NCBI GenBank assembly: GCA_011364975.1
Contig: RDOE01000004.1
Location: forward strand, 1-64,000
Source: Promethearchaeota archaeon
GTDB lineage: Archaea; Asgardarchaeota; Lokiarchaeia; Sigyniarchaeales; SOKP01
DNA: 64,000 bases
Direction: 5' to 3'
How positions within the stretch are numbered: the first letter of the stretch is position 1; every line of letters begins with the position of its first letter. Positions 53,236 to 60,242 of the stretch are shown here, piece after piece. A program made the translations under genes and the position numbers. Under the pieces are notes generated by a model that worked only from the letters and a program-made list of their open reading frames with translations, was not told the DNA's origin and searched no databases.

Positions 53236-54318
53236 ATGCAAACTTTTAAAATAATCCCTCAGTTTCGGGATAATTGCGTAATCCAAGGAAAGAAGGATTG
53301 GTTTCAGGATCTTAGTTTAGGAGATACGATATTTTTAATCGCAAATGAGCCTACTAAAAAATTCTCTATAATTACTAAAATAGATGGCATAGAGCCTGGA
53401 GAAGAACCAATTATATATGTAGATCAACGCAATTTGGAAAAATTTGCAGAAGGAGATAAGGTATATCTTTTAAAATATAACCCTGCAGAAGCAATTGAAG
53501 TTCGAATTCATATCTCCGATGAATATAGTCTTATTTCAAAAGGAGATTGGACCAAAAATATTAAACCTTCATTAACTAATAGATTGATTGATATAGGTCA
53601 AGAGATTTCCTTTTTAATTCCATGGGATGCGGGAGATCCAATTATCGGAGCAGGGCTAATAACCTCTACTTTGCCGAATCCTCCATTATTCATCGGTGAT
53701 CGAACAAAAATTATTTTAGATAAATTTTCTAATGAGATTCTTTCTAAACTTAAACGTCTTACGATACAAAGTAAAGAAGATCGAGTAGAGATACTGGAAA
53801 AACAAATAGAGCAAAATATCATAGAGTTTATTAAGAAAATAAAACATCAAAATTACCCCTTCAAAGGTCAAAAATATCAATTTAAAGCAACAAATCCAAA
53901 ACAATTATTTGAGTCTATTCTCACATTATTTAAAGGTTTGGATATAATAGAAGAACCAGTTGAAAAAAATTTTGATGAGAAAGATCAAGATTATTTTGCA
54001 TCAGTGGTCTTCTTAAATAGAGAAATTGTCCCATATTTACAACTGATTGATCTTCAAATTATTGGTCTTAAAAATACTGGCATGCTAATAATATGGGTTA
54101 CTGGAGAAAAGGAAGAGATTGTTGAAGAGACATTAAACAATTATAATACAAAAATATCAGCATTAAAACAAGGTTTAGAACAACATATAAACCTAGTAAG
54201 CATACAATGCCCAGAATGTGGCGGAGCTTTACCAATAAAAGATATTCAGATAAATGGTATTGTTGAATGTGCATACTGTGCTAGAATTTCTAAAATACCT
54301 AAAGCATTACGATATTAA
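53236..54318 (+). CDS. Cdc48/p97 N-domain-like protein (no ATPase) with C-terminal Zn ribbon
   Basis: IYVD...EGDKVYL....AEAIEVRI, L.NRLI..GQEI and ITSTLPNPP.FIGDRTKI resemble CDC48_N/CDC48_2. C-terminal CPECGG...CAYC. Confidence 0.6.
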   Translation: MQTFKIIPQFRDNCVIQGKKDWFQDLSLGDTIFLIANEPTKKFSIITKIDGIEPGEEPIIYVDQRNLEKFAEGDKVYLLKYNPAEAIEVRIHISDEYSLISKGDWTKNIKPSLTNRLIDIGQEISFLIPWDAGDPIIGAGLITSTLPNPPLFIGDRTKIILDKFSNEILSKLKRLTIQSKEDRVEILEKQIEQNIIEFIKKIKHQNYPFKGQKYQFKATNPKQLFESILTLFKGLDIIEEPVEKNFDEKDQDYFASVVFLNREIVPYLQLIDLQIIGLKNTGMLIIWVTGEKEEIVEETLNNYNTKISALKQGLEQHINLVSIQCPECGGALPIKDIQINGIVECAYCARISKIPKALRY

Positions 54319-54335
54319 TTAAAGTGGAATTAATC

Positions 54336-55157
54336 ATGGATGAAAACCGATATACTAGACTCAAAGCGCTAAAAGATTTTGGATATGAAATTAACTGGGA
54401 TGATTTAAAAAGAAAAAGCGTTGCTATTATTGGTATAGGAGGTTTAGGAACTGTAAGTTCAGAAATGGTGACACGGTGTGGAGTGGGAAAATTAGCTTTA
54501 TTTGACTTTGATACAGTTGAACCAGTTAATCTTAATAGAAGTATGTTTAAACCGAAGCATATTGGAAAACCAAAGGCAGAGATAGCCGCAAAAATATTAA
54601 ATGAAATCAATCCTGATGTTAAAATCTATTACTTTATTAAGGACATTATGGATATTGATTTTGAATTTACATTTGAAAAAGAACTTTCAAAGATGGACAT
54701 AATTCTTAACGGACTTGATAATATTTCTGCTAGAGAATACCTTAATAGTAAATGTGTAAAGTTGAGAATTCCATATATTGATGCTGGAGCTTCTCGCAGC
54801 GGATTATCGGGTTATATTCACCCCATTATTCCTTTCAAAACAGCATGTGCTAAATGTATTAAAAGTATAGCAATAAATCTTCCCGAAGAGAGAGGAGAGC
54901 CTTGTGTAGCATCTCTACCAACAACTATGGCGATACTAGCAAGTATTCAAGTGCAAGAAATGTTAAAACTTCTTCTAAAATTTGGTGAAATGATTGATTA
55001 TGTTATGTATCATATGATTACTGGACAATTCCTTCATTACAATACAAAGAAAGATAATAATTGTCCTATCTGTGGTATTAGAAAAAAAGACGGTAAAAGA
55101 ATAAAGTCAAAGGTTACAGATAAAGATATAGAGGATATAATTGAAAAAATAGAATAA
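54336..55157 (+). CDS. UBA5: UBA5-like ubiquitin-fold activating enzyme (E1, ThiF/MoeB fold)
   Basis: NRYTRLKALK..G, GIGGLGTVSSEMVTRCGVGKL, NLNR, Zn ligands CAKC/CPIC, and catalytic CVASLPTTM (human UBA5 CAASLPTTM, from memory). ORF track starts at GTG 54324; ATG 54336 is the likelier start. Confidence 0.85.
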   Translation: MDENRYTRLKALKDFGYEINWDDLKRKSVAIIGIGGLGTVSSEMVTRCGVGKLALFDFDTVEPVNLNRSMFKPKHIGKPKAEIAAKILNEINPDVKIYYFIKDIMDIDFEFTFEKELSKMDIILNGLDNISAREYLNSKCVKLRIPYIDAGASRSGLSGYIHPIIPFKTACAKCIKSIAINLPEERGEPCVASLPTTMAILASIQVQEMLKLLLKFGEMIDYVMYHMITGQFLHYNTKKDNNCPICGIRKKDGKRIKSKVTDKDIEDIIEKIE

Positions 55158-55169
55158 ATTAGGTGGTTT

Positions 55170-56366
55170 ATCATCAAAAGGATCCAAATACCCCAAATTT
55201 TCATTGAGGTCATTAAGAATCAAGCTATCCTTAGTTACGAAGAGATATATGGATGGCTAATTGGATATTCTGAGTCAAATGTAACTAAAGTGTTAGCAAT
55301 TTATGAATGTACACAATTTATAGAACAAACGGTTATCCATGCAATGCCAGATATATTAGAATTTCAAGAAATTAGTTCAGTTCTTCCTCAAGGTATTGGA
55401 CCAATAGGTATTTATCATTCTCATCCAAGCCTAAGTGATATTTTTCATTCTCATACTGATGATTCAACTCTGATAAGCTTAACAAATCAATTTCAAGATT
55501 GCATCTCAATAATTACTAATGGACAGAACATTAAATTCTACCAAATGGGGAAAAATTATAAAACTAAAGAAATAGAAGTTGAGTATATTGAACCGGAAGT
55601 ACCAAAATTTATGTTAGTTTCAATTAATGAAAAATTTGAAATTTTCATTGATCCCGAATTTTTAACTCAAGAAAAAAGTTTAAGTAAATTAAATATACAA
55701 ATTCAAAATTTAATCATAAATTATTTTCAAAATAACTGGAACGAATTAGAATTTACACATAATAACTCAATAATAGGAAATAAAGATAAATTGCATAAAT
55801 ATTTAGTAGAGAAGTTAAATACGGAACCATTACGGCTTAAAATTCCATCTAATTTAAAGCAGCGTCATAGAAATTTATTAAAAGTTATCCAGAAAGGCAA
55901 TAAGGATGATACTGTAAGTTACGAAGCTTTTGAATTTATTATTAATACAAAATTTCCACTCTATAATATTCGAAAGTATGATAATTTTGATACACTTAGT
56001 CAGAAAGTAAAGGATGAATTTTTAGGAAATAATCTCATTCAAAAATTGCATAATTTAATCATTGATAAAGAAAACCTTAGAATTATTATACCTAATGACT
56101 ATTATTTGAAGTTTTTTGGATTCTATATAAGAACTTTGAACTTCAATAAAAAAAACTTAAATGAAATCTTAATTAAGAATGAACCGTATAAGTTTGAATT
56201 GAAAATAATTCGCTTTTTGAAATCCTTCATAAATTTGGAAGTTTCAATTAAGTTTAAGAACTATTTATATGAGCTTTTGAATAATTTGGAAGATTTTGCT
56301 GAACATTTTACATGGAAAGAGAAATTAAGTGAAGATTTAAAACAACTCAAAATTAACTTAAAGTAG
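55170..56366 (+). CDS. JAB/MPN+ (JAMM) metalloprotease with long C-terminal extension; probable non-AUG start
   Basis: EEIYGWLIG (catalytic Glu) lies upstream of the track's GTG 55290. GIYHSHP...HSHTDD. AGGTGG RBS at 55161-66 precedes ATC codons at 55170/55173. Confidence 0.78.
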   Translation: MIKRIQIPQIFIEVIKNQAILSYEEIYGWLIGYSESNVTKVLAIYECTQFIEQTVIHAMPDILEFQEISSVLPQGIGPIGIYHSHPSLSDIFHSHTDDSTLISLTNQFQDCISIITNGQNIKFYQMGKNYKTKEIEVEYIEPEVPKFMLVSINEKFEIFIDPEFLTQEKSLSKLNIQIQNLIINYFQNNWNELEFTHNNSIIGNKDKLHKYLVEKLNTEPLRLKIPSNLKQRHRNLLKVIQKGNKDDTVSYEAFEFIINTKFPLYNIRKYDNFDTLSQKVKDEFLGNNLIQKLHNLIIDKENLRIIIPNDYYLKFFGFYIRTLNFNKKNLNEILIKNEPYKFELKIIRFLKSFINLEVSIKFKNYLYELLNNLEDFAEHFTWKEKLSEDLKQLKINLK

Positions 56367-56462
56367 TAATGAAATTATTAATATTGAAAACCAAAATTAA
56401 AAAAAAATAAAAGGAACATTTTTTTTAAATTTAATAAGATAAAAATCAGAGGTTAAAATATA

Positions 56463-56729
56463 ATGGCATCTGAATTAAATACCATCTATTTTGTTAATAA
56501 ATTTGGAACAGAAAAAAAGCAAGTGCCATTCCCTGTTTCAGCAAACATTAAATTAATGGATGTTGTTCCAGAAATCTCAAAAAAGTTTGGAATCTCTTCT
56601 CAAAATGTTTGTATTGCAAATATGGGAGGACAAGTACTAACTAATACAGACCTATTAAGTCCAATTAAAGAAATTGTTGAAAAGTTCGGAAATACTTTTG
56701 ATATTATTGATAGAGGGATTGTTGGGTGA
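56463..56729 (+). CDS. UFM1: UFM1-like ubiquitin-fold modifier ending in single-Gly VG
   Basis: 88 aa, beta-grasp pattern. C-terminus KFGNTFDIIDRGIVG parallels human UFM1 KHGSELRIIPRDRVG (from memory). GAGG RBS. Confidence 0.75.
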   Translation: MASELNTIYFVNKFGTEKKQVPFPVSANIKLMDVVPEISKKFGISSQNVCIANMGGQVLTNTDLLSPIKEIVEKFGNTFDIIDRGIVG

Positions 56730-57268
56730 CCAGTTCAGATAAAAGATGGCAAAGGTCTATAGTAGATGAATTAATTCAAGAATTTTCTAACAATTGGGTT
56801 TCCATAGGACCTAAAAATCCTGCATGGAAAGATCGGGTAAAGTTAGAGATCGAAAAAATTATGCAGTATATTAATTTCTTAAAGAATACTAAAAATAGAC
56901 CTTGGTTTAAGTTATTTCCAGAACGAAATCCTCGTTATAATTATTTAATTTGGGCAGGAAATTTGGTTGTGCCTGAACGATCTGAAATAAATTTCGATAT
57001 CAAAGTATTACTTACTTCTGAATATCCAAAAGTATGTCCAAGATGTTTCGCAGAAGAATCTATTTTAAATTACTGTGGTAAAATATTTTTGAAGAATATA
57101 TGGGAACAGGATAGTAAAAAGTACGTAATGATATGTCATGAACATATGTCTGATACTAATGCATGGAATGAGCGTCTTGGTATTGTTCATTTCTTTATAC
57201 GCCAGGTATGGGTATGGTGGGCTGCTCAACAAAATGTAATTATCCAAGAATATGATAAAAAACATTAA
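56726..57268 (+). CDS. UFC1: UFC1-like E2 conjugating enzyme
   Basis: GP...W..R.K.E...I.Y...KN...WF.L...W.G...FDI....YP..P...K...IC..H...W...G..H...W.A matches UFC1. Putative catalytic Cys137 (MICHEH). Start overlaps the UFM1 stop (GTGA). Confidence 0.82.
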   Translation: MTSSDKRWQRSIVDELIQEFSNNWVSIGPKNPAWKDRVKLEIEKIMQYINFLKNTKNRPWFKLFPERNPRYNYLIWAGNLVVPERSEINFDIKVLLTSEYPKVCPRCFAEESILNYCGKIFLKNIWEQDSKKYVMICHEHMSDTNAWNERLGIVHFFIRQVWVWWAAQQNVIIQEYDKKH

Positions 57269-57476
57269 TTTTTGGTATCATAACCTAGTTTTAAAAAAAT
57301 TATTTATTTCTTTAATTCATGCCTTCTTCTATGCATAAATTCAAGATAAACCGTTGTTTTAGTTGAATATTATAGTTTTATTATTAATGCAAAATGATGC
57401 AATATATACCCATTATGCAATTATTTAAATATAAGTATATCCATATAATATCATATAAAATAGCAAAGTAACAAGA

Positions 57477-58859
57477 ATGTCTAGAGAATCCAACCAACCC
57501 TCCAATACTAAGGATATGCCAATTAGCTTACAAGGGATTGAAAAAATCTTGATTTTTTTAAATAATAATGATAAAATCCTTTTTAGTATTAGAGAAATTG
57601 GTTACAAGACTAAGTTATCGACCCGAACGGTCAAAAATATTCTACTGCAATTAGAAAAATTTAATCAGGTTGAACGTGTCATTGAAGGGAATAATGTTAT
57701 CCCAAAATGGCAAATCACTAAATTCGGAAAAAGAGTATTAAAAGAAGCTAAGGGTGTTGGGAATAATATCACATTTTCTACAAGAGAAGAAGAATTGTTA
57801 AAAGGAATAGTGATACCTCAAGAAAAATTTCTTGATAATGATTTAAAAAAGACTTTAGATAGAGCACTATCTGAATTAAATACTATGCAAGTTGAAATAA
57901 GTAAAATTTTGGGGTCAATTCTTAATATAAATAATCCAATTTTAGAAGAAACTACTGGATTCATTTTAAAAAGAATCAAATTTCTCAAGCAAAAACTTAC
58001 TAATTTGTTTGATGACCGAACATCTCAAATTTCTAAAGTGGGTGAAAAATCAAAGAAATTTTCCAAAGAAGAGATAAAATTTAATAAAGTGGAAAAATTG
58101 CTCTTCAACTCATTAATTATTAATCAGATGAAGAGAATTTCAGATATAATTATAGATCTTTCCAATAATGTTGAACATCTAGAAGTTAATAATTCTCTCT
58201 CTCTTGCTAATGATTTAAGAGACGAGATTAGGATCATAAGTGACTTAATTAATCAAAGGGAATCATTAAAAATAGGTTTAAATATTCTTCTAAAAGAAGA
58301 TTTAAAACAACTTTCCAATAATAAAATTGCACCTGATATTCTGGATAAAATAATTGAGATTCCCTTGTCTGAGGATATTTTAGGGAGAGAAGTTGGAGAA
58401 ACGGTACTAACGTTATTAAACAGGTTAAATAAAAATGAGACAGTTCTTATAGATCATAATTATGAATTGACAGATTTTATTCCTTTGTTTAAACTCTTTC
58501 AGCTTATTTTAGATGAAAAGCCCAATTTAAACTTTACCATCGATAAATTAGAAGAAACAATCAATGAACTCTCTGAACAAGGATACATCCCTGGAATGAA
58601 AACTATTCGGGATGCAGAAAACAATTATTTGAAAGTAGTTCAACTTAAACCTCATGATGTTTCACAAGATGAGATAGAATTAGTAAAAATTGCATTGAAG
58701 CAAGAAAAGTTTACTCTCGCAGATATTATCAAATTAACAGGTTGGTCTCCAGAACACGCATCAGAACTTTTAAATAAGCTAACAAAGCTTGGAATATTAA
58801 ACTATTCCAGGTCTTTTTTACATGGAGAACGATGGTTTGTTATAACCGAGCAAAAATAA
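57477..58859 (+). CDS. N-terminal winged HTH + helical region + C-terminal ESCRT-II (EAP30/Vps22/36)-like tandem winged helix
   Basis: FSIREIGYKTKLSTRTVKNILLQLEK HTH. C-terminal VVQLKPHDVSQDEIELVKIA...TLADI...GWSPEHASELLNKL.KLG...GERWF. Confidence 0.65.
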   Translation: MSRESNQPSNTKDMPISLQGIEKILIFLNNNDKILFSIREIGYKTKLSTRTVKNILLQLEKFNQVERVIEGNNVIPKWQITKFGKRVLKEAKGVGNNITFSTREEELLKGIVIPQEKFLDNDLKKTLDRALSELNTMQVEISKILGSILNINNPILEETTGFILKRIKFLKQKLTNLFDDRTSQISKVGEKSKKFSKEEIKFNKVEKLLFNSLIINQMKRISDIIIDLSNNVEHLEVNNSLSLANDLRDEIRIISDLINQRESLKIGLNILLKEDLKQLSNNKIAPDILDKIIEIPLSEDILGREVGETVLTLLNRLNKNETVLIDHNYELTDFIPLFKLFQLILDEKPNLNFTIDKLEETINELSEQGYIPGMKTIRDAENNYLKVVQLKPHDVSQDEIELVKIALKQEKFTLADIIKLTGWSPEHASELLNKLTKLGILNYSRSFLHGERWFVITEQK

Positions 58860-58890
58860 TAAATTTAAATTAAAAAGTGAGGATGGAGTA

Positions 58891-59991
58891 ATGTATAAGG
58901 AAATAAAAGGTAAAAGTGTTGTTGATTCCGAGCCAGAGATTATTGCTTGGCAACGTCATGGGATTGATACTAAAAATGGGCCGCTAATTTATGTATTTCC
59001 TAAACCAGGTGATGATATAAAAAGCAAGAAATTTTTTGCTGTAAAAGATTATGAAAGAGCATTATTTTATAATAAGGGAGAACTTCTAGGAGTCCTCGGG
59101 GGCGGGGTCTATGAACTAGAGAAAAAGGCAAAAATAAAGGGGACGGAGATCGTTTGGATTGACACCTCTTTTGTAGACATCCAGTGGGGAATACCACAAT
59201 CTAGTGGTATACCCACTTTGGATGGTACTATTCTCGGTTTACATGGAGATCTAAAATTGAAAATAAGGGATGTTAAAATATTTTACAATGATGTAGTAGC
59301 TGGTAAAAGCCCTTGGACCGTTCAAAATCTGAAAGAATTTATAATGAGTCTACTGCATACATCCTTTAGAGATATATTTAAAAAATATAAGGCTAAACAA
59401 GTTTTACTAGAGGAGCGAGAGCGAATAATTAATCTACTTACAGCGAAGGTCGCCGAGGATTTTTTAAGATATGGTTTAGAGCTAGAAACCTTGAATATAC
59501 TTGGTGTTAAAACCTCTGAAGGTACAGAAACTCTTTTTAGAGTAGAAAAAGAAAAAAGTAATGTTTCAGATGAGATCGAAATTTTAAAAATAAAAAAAGA
59601 TCTTGACGCTCAAAAAATGGAATTAGAGGCTGCTAAACGAGAATTTCATCGAAAAGAAGAGATTTTAGATTCTCGTATGGAATTGGAAAAATCTAAACTT
59701 CAAACTGAGGCAGAAAAGATTGAGGGAGAAGCTAAATCTGCTGTGTTGGAAAAACACGCTAGAGCGGCTGTAGCAGGAGAGATGAGAATATTGGAGGTTC
59801 ATGGAGATAAAGCATTAGAAATCGCAGATAGTAGTAGAAAGGATCAAATTCGGGCTAAGATTGATGAATTAAAAGAAAAGTTAGATAAATTTGATAATTT
59901 ATTAGCAGAAGATAAAATTTCAAAGGATATTTATAAAACAAGAGTAGAGCGAATTGAAAAAGAACTGAAAGCGCTTGAACAACAACTTTAA
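58891..59991 (+). CDS. SPFH/Band-7 domain protein with coiled coil and SHOCT-like C-terminus
   Basis: VKDYERALFYNKGELLGVLGGGVY, F.RYGLELETLNI, long E/K-rich coiled coil, LAEDKISKDIYKTRVERI. Confidence 0.8.
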   Translation: MYKEIKGKSVVDSEPEIIAWQRHGIDTKNGPLIYVFPKPGDDIKSKKFFAVKDYERALFYNKGELLGVLGGGVYELEKKAKIKGTEIVWIDTSFVDIQWGIPQSSGIPTLDGTILGLHGDLKLKIRDVKIFYNDVVAGKSPWTVQNLKEFIMSLLHTSFRDIFKKYKAKQVLLEERERIINLLTAKVAEDFLRYGLELETLNILGVKTSEGTETLFRVEKEKSNVSDEIEILKIKKDLDAQKMELEAAKREFHRKEEILDSRMELEKSKLQTEAEKIEGEAKSAVLEKHARAAVAGEMRILEVHGDKALEIADSSRKDQIRAKIDELKEKLDKFDNLLAEDKISKDIYKTRVERIEKELKALEQQL

Positions 59992-60242
59992 TATATTCCT
60001 AATTTCCCCAATTTACCCAAAATGCATTAATAGATCGCTTTAAGTAATCAGAGGGAATAATAAACACTAAAATGAAAAAGATATAACTTCTTTTCTTTTT
60101 CTTGTTAATTAGACAAGATCTTTGAACGATCTTCTAAAAATTTCTTATTTTTCCAAGTTATTTTTACAATTATGTCTATAACTAAGAATAATACTTATAA
60201 GCTACTTTCTTCCAATATTACATATTTATTAAATAAATAGAG

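Noticed and set aside
54324-56729. ThiF/MoeB-ThiS/MoaD or SAMP sulfur-transfer operon
   Set aside because: The modifier ends in VG not GG, a dedicated E2 is present, the E1 has UBA5-specific motifs, and no thiamine/Moco/tRNA-thiolation genes are adjacent.
56727-56762. Sec readthrough of the UFM1-like TGA stop giving a VG-U-PVQIKDGKGL propeptide
   Set aside because: The TGA is explained by the GTGA stop/start overlap with the E2, and I see no SECIS after the operon.
53236-59991. Mobile defence island (CBASS/Bil-type E1-E2-JAB)
   Set aside because: No cyclase, effector, integrase or compositional shift. Components resemble UBA5/UFC1/UFM1 rather than Cap2/Cap3. An antiviral role is not excluded.
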